A DNA stretch of 64,000 nucleotides from Squalus acanthias (lineage: Eukaryota). The translations under genes were made by a program, and so were the position numbers. The notes below the pieces were generated by a model. It made no database searches. It had not been told where the DNA came from and saw only the letters and a program-made list of their open reading frames with translations. The number at the start of each line of letters is the position of its first letter. The first letter of the stretch is position 1. Positions 35,658 through 48,914 of this stretch are shown here, piece by piece. The stretch lies in assembly GCA_030390025.1 (NCBI GenBank), contig CM059441.1, forward strand, positions 53,258,001 to 53,322,000, written 5' to 3'.

Positions 35658-38600
35658 CAGCTCCCCACAGAATCCGCTTAGGAGGTGTGGATGAGATGGT
35701 GCGGTGGTCTGATGGGCTGGCCGGGGTGGCTCTTGTAGGACGCCGGGGAACGTGGAACGGCCGGGCGTGGAGCAGCTGGGTGAACTGGCTTGAGTTGATC
35801 AACCGACACTTTTTCGGTCCAGTCGCCCAGTTGCAGGGTGAAAAATTTGTCCCCAGCCTGTAGCACCTTGTAGGGCCCGTCGTACGGGGGTTGAAGGGGT
35901 CCACGGTGGGCGTCGTGCCGGACGAAAACGAACCGTGCCTGGTGCAGGCTTAGTGGGACGTATGAGGTGGATTTGCCGTGTTGGGCAATGGGCACCGGGG
36001 CAAACTGTAGCGCCGGTGAGGCGAAGTCGTGTCGTTGCTGGTCGGCTGACCAGGGTGCCGTGGCGGTGGGCAGGAACTCGCCGGGTACGCGCAGTGGCTG
36101 GCCGTACATGAGCTCTGCTGCTGATGCATGGAGGTCTTCTTTAACCACGGTATCCAGGCCGAGGAGGACCCATGGGAGTCGGTCGGTCCAGGCACCGTCC
36201 TGGAGGCTGGCTCGAAGAGATGCCTTCAAGGATCTGTGGAACTGCTCACACAGTCCGTTAGCTTGGGGGTGGTACGCTGTGGTGCGGTGAATGGTCACCC
36301 CGAGATTGCGTGCGACGGTGGTCCAGAGTTCAGAGGTAAATTGTCATGTCGGAGGGGACGCCGAACCGTGTGACCCAGGTGCTGACGAAGGCTCTGGCGA
36401 TGTCGGTGGCGGTGGTAGAGGTCAGTGGAATTGCCTCAGGCCAGCGTGTGGTGCGGTCAACGATCGTCAGCAAGTGCGTGTGGCCTTGCGATGGCAGCAG
36501 GGGCCCGACGATGTCCACGTGGATGTGGTCGAATCTACGTGAAGGGATGGTAAACTCCTCGAGGGGTGCTTTCGTGTGTTGCTGCACCTTGGCCCGTTGG
36601 CAGGCTGGGCAGGAGTTGGCCCAAGTACGCACATCCTTGCGAAGGCTGCGCCAGAAAAAGTGGTTGGCTACCAATTTGATGGATGCGTGTGGGTGGGAGA
36701 GGTTGTGAAGAATCTCGAATACCCGGCGGCGCCAGGAAGCTGGGACGACGGGCCGAGGTTGACATAGGGATATGTCGCACTTGACTGTGACTGCGGTCGG
36801 GCCCCAGGCAATGTCGGCCAGGCGTAGCCCTGGTAGGTTGGTAGGTGCGGAGAGCAGATCAGGGTCGGTGATCTGGTCTGCTGCGAGTTGAGTGTAGTCG
36901 ACTGCCAGGTGTGCGGCATGGATGGCGGGGCGGGAGAGGCAGTCGGCTACCACATTGTCTCGGCTGGAGACGTGTTGGATGTCCGTGGTGAACTCGGACA
37001 CTGCCGCGAGCTGGCGCTGCTGCCTGGTGGACCAGGGGTCGGTTGTCTTTGCCACTGCGAATGTTGGGTTTGTGGTCGACAAACGCAGTGAAGGGGCAGC
37101 CCTCCAGCAAAAACCGAAAATGGTGGACCGCCAGGAACAACACGAAGAGCTCGTGGTGGAAGCTGCTGTACTTGACCTCCGGGGGGCGTAGTTGGCAGCT
37201 GAAGAAGGCAAGTGGTTGCCAGGCACCATCGACCCACTGCTCATACACGGCGCCGACCGCGTGGTCAGAGGCGTCCGTGATGAGCACTACCCTGGCATTG
37301 GGCCGTGGGTGCGCGAGCAGGGTGGCGTTGGTGAGCGCGGTCTTGGTGGAGTCGAAGGCGGCTGACGTGTCTGCCGTCCATTCGACTGCCATCTTGCCGC
37401 TCATGCCCCGGAGGGCTTCATACAGGGGCCTCATGAGGGACGCCGCTTTGGGGATGAAGCGGTTGTAGAAATTCACCATCCCGAGGAACTCCTGAAGGCC
37501 TTTGGTGGTGGGGCGGGGAAATTGTTGGACGGCCTGCCCCTTGGTGGGCAGGGGAATGGCCCCAGCATGGGTGATGTGGTGGCCGAGGAAGTCGATCTTG
37601 TCCAGGCCGAACTGGCATTTGGCTGGGCTGAGGATGAGCCCGTGGTCGCTGAGGCGCCCGAACAGGATGCGAAGGTGTTTGAGGTGTTCCTGCTTGGAGG
37701 AACTGGCTACCAGGATGTCGTCCAGGTAGACGAACAGGAACTTCAGGTCCCGAAGGACTGGGTCCATGTGCCGTTGGAATGCCTGGACTGCGTTTTTGAG
37801 GCCAAAGGGCATCTGCAGGAACTCGAAAAGGCCGAAGGGGGTGATTATGGCCATCTTGGGGACGTCCGCGAGGTAGACGGGGACTTGGTGGTAGCCGTGC
37901 ACCTGGTCGACCTTAGAAAAGACTGAGAGGCCGGCCAGTCTAGCCGAGAAGTCCTGGATGTGCGGCACGGGGTACCGATCAGGGGTGGTGGCGTCGTTGA
38001 GCCGGCGGTAATCCCCGCAGGGGCGCCAACCCCCGTCTGGTTTGGGGGCGATGTGGGGTGGGGAGGCCCAGGGACTGTTGGAGCGGCGGATGATGCCGAG
38101 CTGTTCCATGGTGGCAAACTCGGTCCGCGCGATGTCCAGTTTGGCCGGGTCCAGCCTCCGGGCATGGGCGTACACTGGGGGGCCTGTGGTGGGGATGAAG
38201 TGTTCCACCCCGTGTTTGGCGGCCTCCGCGGAGAAGGTCGGATTGGTAAGGGCCGGGAATTCGGCCAGGAGTGCCGAGTAGTCATCCGTGGCTTGGGCGT
38301 GGCACTGTGATGCCATGTCGGCGGGTTGACGGGGGGCCATGGCGCCCAGGCTGGGGAACATGGTGTTCATGTCCACGAGGTGGTGACGAGGGATGTCGAC
38401 CAGTAGGCCGTGGGTGCACAGGAAATCTGCGCCAATGAGAGGGGAGAGCACCTTGGCAGTGATGAACTCCCATCGGTAGTGGCGACCAGCGAGGTCGAGG
38501 GTGACTATGCGGGTGCCGTACGTCGGGATGTCCGAGCCGTTAGCAGCAGCCAGCGCCGGTCCTCGTTTGCCCTTTTGAATGTCGAGGGAGGAGCCGGGAT

Positions 38601-39414
38601 GATGCTGTGCTGAGCTCCAGTGTCGCACAGGAACCGGCGGCCGGTTTTGTCATCCGTGACGTACAGCAGGGAGCCTGCGTGGCCCACGGCCATCGCGGGG
38701 GCTGGTACGGGGGCAGACTTGAAAGAGGAGGGAGGTGTGCACCGTTGTGCCCTGGCGTCGAACCGTGCGTGGTAGTAACAGTGGCCCGGGTTAGTGGGGC
38801 ACGAAGGCCCCTTGAGCCCGGTGGCAGGCCCTTGTGGCCGCGTGGTGGCCGGTGAGGGGCACGCCCAGGCAGTGGCTGCCAGGTCCGGAGTGACGTCACG
38901 GCTGGAGTGAGCGGACAGCAGCTTGTCGGCCTCATCGGCCAGGGCTTCCAGTTCCGTGAGGCCGGACGCCACGATCGCTGGGTGGATGCTGAGAGGTAGC
39001 TGGCGGATGAACAACGTGCGGAAGAGGGATCCGGGTGGGCTCTCGTCGGTGAGGGAGAGCATGTGGAAGAGGAGGTCTGACGGTGAGGCATCACCGAGGC
39101 CTGGAAGGTTGAGGAGGTGGCAGTTGCACTGGTATGTCGAGGCCGTAAATTTTTTGAGGAGCACGGCCTTAAAATGTGCATACTTGCCCCCTTCTGGTGG
39201 GTTCTGCAGCGCTGTCCAGACCTTTGTAACTGTGGGGCTACCGAGTGATGTGACGAGGAAGTCGTACTTCGTCCCATCTGTGGTGATTTGTTGCAGCCGG
39301 AATCGGGACTCAGCTTGGAGAAACCAGGCTTCGGGCTGGTTTTACCAAAACTCCGGCAGTTTCACGGAAACTGCGTTTGTGTCCGCCATTGCAGTGCTCG
39401 GAATACGTTCTGAG

Positions 39415-39428
39415 CGTCGGGGTCACCA
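39415..39428 (-). other. Primer-binding site complementary to the tRNA-Trp 3' end
   Basis: TGGTGACCCCGACG, 1 nt after the 5' LTR; vertebrate tRNA-Trp ends CGTCGGGGTCACCA. Confidence 0.85.
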
Positions 39429-39429
39429 A

Positions 39430-39662
39430 TGTTGTGGCTGCCGCGGAGCACGAATTGAGGCCGAGTCAACATGTGAAACACATAGCTTTTAATCACAACT
39501 CTGGTGAAAATGGCTGCAGCCACATTTCTCTCCAAAATCCAGAGGCCCCGCCCACTTCTTTTCTCCTGCCTGAAAGGCAAGGTGCCTTAAAGGCAAGGTG
39601 CCTGATTTATTGTCCACGGACGGAAAAGTGAATTGCGCCCGTTTAGGTGGCGATCTGCCACA
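39430..39662 (-). repeat. Gypsy 5' LTR
   Basis: Carries a 16-bp internal duplication (AAAGGCAAGGTGCCT.) absent from the other LTR. Confidence 0.92.
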
Positions 39663-40744
39663 ACATCACATTTAGTATTGACTCGAAAGGGTCACTGGGG
39701 TTGGAGCCTCTTGTTCCGCTTTTCTTTATATTCGGGAGATTGAACAGTTGTGTGAAAGCGAGTTTCATTCACCGTGTTTGTAAATCCCGTTGTTCTTTTG
39801 CGGATATTTTACATTAGAGGCAGAAGGTATCAGATGTGATATCGGGAAACACAAATGGGCCTGAGCGACAGTTTTGTCTGCGTCTCCTTTTTCACCAGAC
39901 CCAGTCATATAGGCCGCCAACTAAAGGGGAATTGTCCGTGGATCGGCTCTCTACCCCTGTATAGTCCAGGGCGAGGAAGTTTCGGGGACGCTGTTAAAGT
40001 GAATAAACCAAAGACTGAAACTCTGTTCAGAGTGAGATCATTATAGCTGCAGTACCGGGGGACCCACTGGAACCATTCTGGGGCTGATCACTGATGTTAA
40101 GCTCCAGCTTTAATGCGTGTAAGGGACGAAGGGAATTCTACCGGGTGAACAACAATCACGGTATTTATCCGGAAAGGAGAATGATTTCATTTTAACGTGT
40201 TACATATAATTACGTTAATATGTTATAATTTAAAGCAAATGCTGCTCTAATGTGTGAGGTGACCTGTTGCTGCTCCGGGCCTGTCCCAATGGGGTTATCG
40301 GTCCAGCTCTAGCCCGGCTGGTGCCGACCGCCAGCGAGAATGGTGACCGGCCCCACTCGGGAATCTCCCGGCTCGGAGTGTTCATGGATCTCACATTCTC
40401 CTCTCTATATCGGTGAAGTCAATTTAAAACAGTGAGCGCCGCTCCAGTATGAACCGCTCTTGGGAAAGGCATTAACTGGGATTGAATCCATCTGATTGTC
40501 GGTGTTCAATCACTCAATCCTGTTCCGAATACTTCCGTACCAAGTAAAGTGCTGCAGCACTTCAGAAAGTGAGCGGATTCACTCTTCTTTATAAGTAATA
40601 AAATGATAATATCAATAATAATGATCAGTAAAGTTGGTCTGAGACCAAAATTATCTCCCATGAGGTTTTACATCCGTGTTTCCCTGATTGACTCATATTT
40701 TCACTCACAAACCGGTATTCAGTGTTGAATAACAGTCCGGGTGA

Positions 40745-43700
40745 GTTAGCTCGGGGGCTTGCAGTCAGAAGGAAATGAAGGCACTGTGGGAGTCTGGGCT
40801 GCATAGGGGGGCACACGAGAGTGTATCTCTGGGGGGCTATTGGAGATTTGATAGTCAGGGGAATAGACAGGCGTTTCTGCAACCAGAGAAATGAGTTCCG
40901 AATGGGGTATTGCCTCCCTGGTGCCGAGGTAAAGTATATCATTGAACGGGTGCAGGACATTGTGTGAGGGGAAGGGGAACAGGAGAAGTTGTGGTCCATA
41001 TTGGAACCAATGGCATTGGCGGAGAAGGGTTGAGGTCAAACAGGCAGAGTTTCAGAAGCTAGGAAAAAGATTAAAGAACAGGTCCTCAACGGTGATCTGC
41101 TCTGAATTACTCCCAGTGCCACATGCCAGTGAGTACAGAAACAGGAAGATAGTGCAGGTGAATGTGTGGCTGGAGATGCGGTGCAGGAGGGAGGGCTTCA
41201 GATTCCTGGGACATTGTGACCAGTTATGGGGTAGGGGGGACCTGTATAGGCAGGACGGCTTGCACCTGAACAGGGCTGAGACCAATGTCCTCACGGGGAG
41301 TTTAGTTAGTGCCCTGGGCGAGGGTTTAAACTAATTTGGCCAGGGAAAGGGCACCAGGATGCAGCAGCAGAGAGGAGAGACCAGGTGCATAGAAACAGCA
41401 ACAGAACAAACAATAACTTAGTGAGAGCAGTAAGTAAATGGAGGAAAAAAACAAAGCCACTAGCATGGTGTTGGAATGCATGTGTGTTAGTGCGAGGACT
41501 GCTACCAATAAAGTTGACAAGCTACAGGTGCAAGTTGCCACATGGGGTTATAATAAATTCACTATGACGGAAACCTGGCTTAAACATGGCCAGGAATGTG
41601 AACTAAACATTCATGGCTATAATGTAGTAAAGAGGGATAGGGAAGGGGTAAAGAAAGGAGGGCTGGCACATTTGATCATGGATAATATTACAGTTATAGA
41701 GAGGGACGATATACTAGATGGTTCAAACACTGAATCTATTAGCTGAAAGTTAAGGAACAGAAAATGAGCTGTTACATTTCTGAGGAATGAAACAGTACTG
41801 GAGCGAGTTCTGGGAAACGAAGTAGGGCAAGTGCGGCGTGATTCAGAGTGAGAACATCTAGGTAATAGTGATCATAATATAATTATGTGTAAGTTGTTAT
41901 GAACATGGTACAAGAAAAATCAAACGTGAAAATCAAATGGAAGAGAGCTAAAATTTCACTGATTTGTGAAGGATTCTAGAACATGTGGACTAAAAAAAAA
42001 GGCCAGGAAAACAGTAAAGGGACAATGACCGGACTTCAAGGCAGAGATAGTTCGGGTACAAACCAAACCCATCCCCATAAAGAGGGAAAATGGGGCATCC
42101 AAAACTAGAGCTCCCTGGATGACAAAGGAAATAGAGATGAAAATAAAACAGAAATACGAGGTTTATAACAAAGTAAGGTACAGAATACAATTGAAAACCA
42201 GGCAGAATTCAGAGAGTGCAGAGGACAATTGAAAAAGGATATACGAGCGAAGAGAGAGTATGAGCAAAGATTAGCTTGTAATGTAAAAGGGAACCCGAAA
42301 ATCATTTATAAACCGATAAAAAGTGAAAGGATAGTTAAAGGTATGGTGAGGCCGATTAGGGGCAAAGAAGGAAATATTCTCGTGGAGGCAGAGGGCATAA
42401 CTGAGCTAATGAATGAATACTTTGCATCCATCTTCACAAAAGAAGAGGATGAAGTTAATGTCGGAGTAGAGGAGAGGGGAGTAGAGATATTGGATAAGAT
42501 AAAAAGGTTAGAAAGGAGGTGCTAAATATGTTGGCACCACAGAAAGTTAACAAGTCACTCGGTACAGATGGGATGAATCCTATGTTGCTAAGGGAAGCTA
42601 GGGTGGAGATAACAGATGCTCTGATCACAATCTTTCAGTCTCCTTTGATATTGAAGTGGTGCCAGAGGGCTGGAGGATTGCAAATGTCACACACCTGTTC
42701 AAAAAAGTGGAGAGGGATAAACCAGGAAACTACAGGCCAGTCAGTCTAACGTCAGTGGAGGTTGGAAAAAAACTACTGGAGACCATTGTCAAACACAAAC
42801 TTAATTCTCACTTGGAATGGCATAGGTTAATAATGGACAGCCATCACATATTAGTTAAAGGTAATTCGTGTCTGACTAACCTGATTGAGTTATTTGATGA
42901 AGTAACAGAGATGGTTGATGAAGGTACTGCAGTACATGTTGTATCTTTGGACTTTCAAAAGCCATTTTATAAAGTACCTCACAGAAGATTCATTCCGAAA
43001 ATAGACGCTCATGATATTACAGGGACGATGGTAACTTGCGTAGTACATTGGCTAAGGAATAGGAGGCAGAGAGTAGTGGTGAAGGGATTTTTCTCTGACT
43101 GGATAGAATAATGAAGTGGGGTCCCCCAGGGGTGGGTATTAGGACCATTGCTTTTCTTGCAATCTATAAATGACCTGGACTTGGGTATAGGGAATACAAT
43201 TTCCAATATTGCGGGCGATATACATTTACGCAACGTATTAAATAGTGAGCATGATTGTAGCAGAATTCAGAAAGACATAGACATACTGGAGAAATGGGCA
43301 GACGCATGGAAAATACAATTTAACGTGGCTAAGTGTGAAATGTTGCACTTTGAGAGGAATAATATGGAGAGACAGTATAATCTAAATGGGACTATTCTGA
43401 AGGGTGCAAGAACAGAGGGAACTGGGGAGCATATTGACAAATCTTTGAAGGTGACTGGGTAAGTTGAAAGGGTGGTTAAGAAAGCGTATGGGATACTTGG
43501 CTTTGTAAATAGGGGCATTGAATATAAAAAACTAGGAAATAATGCTAAAACTTTACAAATCTTTGGTTATGCCTCAGCTGGAGTATTGGATACAATTCTG
43601 GGCACCACACTTTAGAAAGGATTATCGGGTTATAGGCAAAAAGCTGGGGATGTGAAACTAAATTGAACAGCTTTTTCAAAGAGGTGTAAATTCACAGGCG

Positions 43701-43745
43701 TAACGGGCCGAATGGTCTCCTTCTGTTCTGTATGATTCTGTGATC
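40745..43745 (+). mobile_element. Long decayed CR1 LINE: ORF1 esterase (SGNH-like) + ORF2 endonuclease/RT
   Basis: IGDLIVRGIDRRFC, LYRQDGLHLN, TETWLK, PGNYRPVSLTS, LDFQK and GVPQG; many stops. Confidence 0.88.
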
Positions 43746-44065
43746 CGGATGCGGGGTCGGTGACTCATTTCCTTTATCAGACTCACGCAGCTCAACGGCA
43801 GTGGATGGAACCTGGGCTCTTTGCATCTATTAATGGGCAGGTTCCATCTCATTGGTGTATTTTACCAGACTGCAATTCACGGTTAGCACCTTTCAACATC
43901 GATTGGTTATTTTGAAAGAAACATTGGTTTCTGTACAAACTGTTATCAAAGAATTAAGTTCCAGTTCAGTCGGGGTGTCGGAAGGTGCTGGAGGGCCCGC
44001 TCGGTATCTGCGAACAGCATTCGGTTAATGTTCAGGTCCCGTCGCTGTAACCGGCTCCGGGGACG

Positions 44066-44111
44066 ATGCTGCGGTCCTTCCTGACCCTCTTTTTACTGCA
44101 GCTTCTCAACT
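44066..44111 (+). CDS. Signal-peptide exon of a receptor-like gene relic
   Basis: ACGATGC start, MLRSFLTLFLLQLLN + 1 nt, then gtgagt (phase 1); unique CpG-containing upstream sequence. Confidence 0.7.
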
Positions 44112-44285
44112 GTGAGTCATCGCTGATGATTATTATTATAATCTGTGCCTCATTAATATAATTATTGGTCTTTAATACTGAACAGTTTGAGGTGATGTGG
44201 AAAGTACATGTTGTTTTCTTGAATTTTAATCGTGTCAGGTAGAGTTTAATGAGCTATCGGGACTGGTTTCTCCATCGCCTTCCAC

Positions 44286-44830
44286 CTGCGGCTCTTGAGC
44301 AGACTGGGTTTGAAAATCTCATCGGATTATTTAAACTGAGCCTGTTAGAAGTAGAGCGCGTTCACTGATAGAATAGAGTGTATCGGAGCCTGGGTCCATT
44401 TGCAGAAAACTGGTATATTTTCTTGAAGTTTGTCATTAATTGGAATCGTATAAAGTGAATATTGAAATTGTTATTTAATTTGTTGAAGTTTCATTTAATA
44501 CATATTTTGGGCTGTTTGTTTGATTTTAAGTTCCATCAACTTGAAATAGGGAATCAATTCTCCATTTCAATCGGTGACAATCAGCGCGTTTAGAATATTG
44601 TTCATCTGATTAACACTTATTTTAAATTCCCAGTCGAGATTTCTGTCAAACTTAGATTTCAAACCGAAATCGGTCACAAATACCGCGGCAGTTTTGTTTT
44701 ATTTTGTCCCCTGCGGCTCTTGTACAGACAGAGCAGACTGGAGTTGAAAATCTAATCGGATTATTTAAACCGAGCCTGTTAGAAGTCGAGCGCGTTCACT
44801 GTTAGAATGGAGTGTATCGGAGTCTGGGGT
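44286..44830. repeat. ~110-bp direct repeat (44286-44394 and 44711-44830)
   Basis: GAGCAGACTGG...TGAAAATCT.ATCGGATTATTTAAAC.GAGCCTGTTAGAAGT.GAGCGCGTTCACTG occurs twice. Confidence 0.85.
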
Positions 44831-45079
44831 GCAAGTGATCTCACTGAGTGCAGAACACCAGTCAAAGCTGCACCTGCTGCCGACTGAACCCACACACACA
44901 TTTCTGTCACAGATATTTCTCAGTAGAAGTGCTGTCTAACCTCCGGGTTTTGCAGAAACTGGAATTGAGAAATTAGGTTGTTCAGCGTTAGAGTGTTGTA
45001 CAAGGTCTATAATATTGTATTATAAAATGTTAACTAGAGGTGCAACCAGTATTGTTTCAATTAGCATTAATTATTAGTA

Positions 45080-46040
45080 TTTTAAGTGCGCGGGCGAATG
45101 CCTCTGAACCACAAGTAAACTCCGCACCTACCTGGTGCCTCTGGACCTTCGGACACTTGTGCTCCTGGGCCTCCAGGCATATGCCTGTGTAAAGGCCCAC
45201 GGATCCCAGGAGCACATGCGGTGTGCAAGCATCCCTGGGATCAGGTGGGCCAGCCCAACAAATCACAAAGGGGGATTCTCATTATTCTTATAGGGATTCA
45301 ATTTAAAGAAAGAAAGACTTGCATTTATATAGCGCCTTTCACGCCCACTGGACGTCACAAAGCACTTTACAGCCAATGAAGAACATTTGGAGTGTAGGCA
45401 CTGTTGTAATGTGGGAAATGCGGCAGCCAAGTTGCGCACAGCAAGCTCCCACAAACAGCAATGTGATAATGACCGGATAATCTGTTCTTGTTATGATGAT
45501 TGAAGGATAAATATTTACGTCGAGAATCCACATTAACATAATAGGAATCCCCTAAAAAATACATTTTAATAAAACTGAAATAAAAATAAATCATATGGTA
45601 AAAATTTATTAAAATAAAATTTAATTAAACATTTAAAACGATATTTAATACTTTGAAAAATAAAATAAAAAATTTTTCAAGGGAAAAAAATAACTTAAAC
45701 TAATTTTAAAGTTTGTTTATGTTTAAATCATTTAAATAAATTTATTTTACTATATAATTAAACACTTGCACTGGTACAAGAAGGCCCTATGCTTGCTTTC
45801 AACAGGTGTAAGGGTTGTGTGGGCATTCGCTGGGCAGTAGTTGGGCAAAGAGCAGAATCCTGCGCCAGCGAATGTCCATTTCCTGTGGATGAGCACGATC
45901 TGTCAAACAGGATCTTGACAGATTGCAAGTTCTGGGTTTTTGTGCATGTGCATCACATGTGGAAACACGGGACTTGTGGGACACTTATGACCATGTATGC
46001 TGTGCGTATGCGCTCATAGGCCCCGTAATATTGGGGCCAT
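45080..46040. mobile_element. Probable MITE copy 2, interrupted by a minus-strand DeuSINE fragment (45306-45515)
   Basis: Shared blocks with 31853-32517 and 52288-52997; ends CGTAATATTGGGGCC. Confidence 0.6.
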
Positions 46041-46105
46041 TATGTTGTCTGCTCCGATGTCCTGAACAATCTCTCCAATAACCATCCATTATTTGTGTTT
46101 GACAG

Positions 46106-46216
46106 TTTCTGGTTCCATTGACTCCCTCAATCAGATTGAATATTACACCAGTGACATTTTGGGTGACACTGACCCGGGATCAGGAAATCCTGAAGGGAAC
46201 TCCTCCAGTATTCAAG
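46106..46216 (+). CDS. Cytoplasmic-tail-like exon, copy 1
   Basis: 111 nt, phase 1/1, tttgacag acceptor and gtgggg donor; SGSIDSLNQIEYYTSDILGDTDPGSGNPEGNSSSIQ. Confidence 0.6.
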
Positions 46217-46429
46217 GTGGGGACATTTTTGCTTTCTACAATCTCTTTTTTGCACTTCACACTTTCTACTACCTAAAACCAACAACTAAAGATAACAGAG
46301 CTTACTTGCCGATGAATGACACTGCCAAGGACCCGGAGTACCGGACAGTGATTTTAGTTACAAAATATTGTGGAAATATTTTGGATTTGAAACAAAATCA
46401 TGTCAATTTCCCCCAATGTATAATGGATT

Positions 46430-48460
46430 TTTTTTTCCTTCCTGGACTCGCTGGCAAGGCCGACATTTATTGCCCATCCCTAATTGCCCTTGAGAAGGTG
46501 GTGGTGAGCTGCCTTCTTTACCTGCTGGAGTCCCTGTGGTGAGAGTACTCCCACAGTGGAGGGAGTTGCAGGATTTTGACCCAACGATGATGAAGGAATG
46601 TCGATATATTTCCATGTCAGAATGGTGTGCAACTTTGAGGGAAGCTTGCAGGTGATGGTGTTTCCAGGTGCCTGCTGGCCTTGTACTTCTAGTTGGAAGA
46701 GGTCGCGGGTTTGGGAGGTGCTGCTGAAGAAGTCTTGGCGAGTTGCTGCAGTGCATCTTGTAGATGGTACACACTGCAGCCACGGTGCGCTGGTGGTGGA
46801 GGGAGTGAATCTTTAAGGTGGGGGATGGGGTGCCAATCACACGGGCTGCATTGTCCTCGATGGTGTCGAGCTTCTTGAGTGTTGTAGGAGCTGCAGTTAT
46901 CCAGGCAAGTGGGGAATATTCCATCACACTCCTTACTTGTGCCTTGTAGATGGTTGAAAGTTGAAAGGCATTGGGGAGTCAGGAAATGAGACACTCACCA
47001 CAGAAGTAACAGCCTCTGATCTGCTCTTCTAGCCATAGTATTTATGTGACTGTTCAATGGTGACACCTTCCATTACTTTGCTGAAGATTGTGAGTAGACT
47101 GATGGGGTAATTGATGGATTGGATTTGTCCTGCTTTTTGTGAACAGGTCATATCTGGGAAGTTATCCACATTGTTGGGTAGATGCCAGTGTATTAGCTGC
47201 ACTGGGACAGCTTGGTTAGAGGCACGGCTAGTGCTGGAGCACAGGTCTTCAGCCGGGATGGTGTTAGAGCCCATAGCCTTTGCTGTATCCAGTGTGCTCA
47301 GCCGTTTCTTGATATCATGTGGAGTGAATCGAATTGGCTTCTGTGATGGTGGGGACGGCAGGAGGAGGCCGATATGGATCATCCACTCGACACTTATGGC
47401 TGAAGATGGTTGCAAACGCTACAGCTTTGTCTTTTGCATTCACGTGCTGGACTCCACCATCATTGAGGATGGGGATATTCATGGAGCCTCCTCCTCCCGT
47501 TAGTAGTTTAATGGTCCACCACCATTCACGACTGGATGTGGCAGGACTGCAGAGCTTTGATCTGATCTGTTGATTGTGGGATCACTTAGCCCTGTCTATA
47601 GCATGCTGCTTCCGCTTTTTAGCATGCATGTAATCCTGTGTTGCAGCTTCCCCAGGTTGGCGCCTCATTTTTAGGCGGGAGTTCGTCTTCACATAGACAG
47701 ATGCATCTGCAACATGTAGATTGGTGAGGACGAGGTCAAGGTCAAGTAGGTTTTTCCCTCATGTTGGTTCTCTCACCACCTGTCGCAGGCCCAGACTGGC
47801 AGCTATGTCCTTCAGGACTCGGCCAGCTCGGGCAGTAGTGGATGATTGCAAATGTTTCAGCCTTGGCTTTTGCCCTTGTGTGCTGGTCTCCGCCATCATT
47901 GGGGATGGGGATATTGATGGAGCCTCATCCTCCCGTCAGTTGTTTAATTATCCACCACCATTCACTACTGGATGTGGCAGGACGGCAGAGCTTTTGTCTA
48001 AACCGTTGTTTCTGTAAATTATGTACCCTTGCTGCCCTCAGTGCTTCTTCCAAGTGATGTTCAACATGGAGGAGTACTGATTCAGCAGCTGAGGGAGGGT
48101 GGTAGCTGGTAATCATCAGCAGGTTTCATTGCCTGTGCTGGACCTGAAGCCATAAGACTATATGATTCTGGAGTCAATGTTCAGCACTCCCATTGCCACT
48201 CCCTCCAGACTGTATTGCACTGTACCGCCACTTCTGGTCGGTCTGTCCTGCCGGTGGGACAAGACATACCAAGGGATGGTGATGGAGGAGTCTGGGACAT
48301 TGGCTGAAAAGTATGATTCTGTGAGTATGACTATGTCTGGCTGTTGCTTGCTAGTCTACGGGACAGCTCTCCCAATTTTGGCACAAGTCCCCAGATGTTA
48401 ATGAGGTGGACTTTGCAGTGTTGACTGGGCTGGGTGTGCCGCTGTTGTGTCCAAGGGGGA
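46430..48460 (-). mobile_element. CR1/Jockey-group LINE (second lineage), internally deleted and rearranged
   Basis: MEYSPLAW...LDTI, LDTAKAMG and YHPPSA.ESVLLHVEHHLEEAL; a further small tail piece lies at 48585-48735. Confidence 0.82.
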
Positions 48461-48803
48461 TCATGATCAGGAAACCCCGCTCACTCTCTGTGTACTAACC
48501 AACTATGTTATACACTATTTTCTCTGCTCTGATACCTGAGATATTTCCTGTACTAATGGATTGTACATTATTGTGTCTGACTGCTGGGAGGGCCGACAAT
48601 TATGGTCCATCCCTAGTTGCCCTGATAAGGTAGTGGTGGGCCTTCCTCTGAACCACTGCAGTCCTTGTAGTGAATGATCTCCCACAATGGTGTCAGTTAC
48701 CAAATTCCAGGATATTGTCACAGGGACGATGATAGTATTATGTTGTCTGCTCCTATGTGCTAATCAATCTCTCCAATAACCATCCATTTTTTGTGTTTGA
48801 CAG

Positions 48804-48914
48804 CTTCTGGTTCCATTGACTCCCTCAATCAGATCGATTATTACACCAGTGACATTTTGGGTGACAATGATTCGGGATCACAACATCCTGAAGTGAACTC
48901 CTCCAGTATTCAGG
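48804..48914 (+). CDS. Cytoplasmic-tail-like exon, copy 2
   Basis: 111 nt, phase 1/1, tttgacag acceptor and gtgggt donor; SGSIDSLNQIDYYTSDILGDNDSGSQHPEVNSSSIQ; part of a ~390-bp duplication (46039-46427 and 48738-49117). Confidence 0.62.

Larger units (their letters stand above)
35441..39662 (-). mobile_element. Full-length decayed Ty3/Gypsy LTR retrotransposon (gag-PR-RT-RH-IN)
   Basis: Paired TG...CA LTRs; TSD ACAT (35437-35440 and 39663-39666); gag from ATG at 39389 (MADTNAVSVKLPEFW*); protease FLCDTGA; RT WRPCGDYRRLN and YLDD; RNase H TDASD; integrase HHCC, HVDIVGP, YHPQANGLCE and GPY. Multiple frameshifts. Confidence 0.95.

Noticed and set aside
36859-38628. 589-aa pol ORF as a domesticated or active gene
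   Set aside because: gag has an early stop, pol is frameshifted at several points and the LTRs have diverged; it is a decaying insertion.
44956-44976. 21-nt micro-exon (ttttgcag AAACTGGAATTGAGAAATTAG gttgtt) in the receptor relic
   Set aside because: It would preserve frame, but the donor is weak and there is no independent support.
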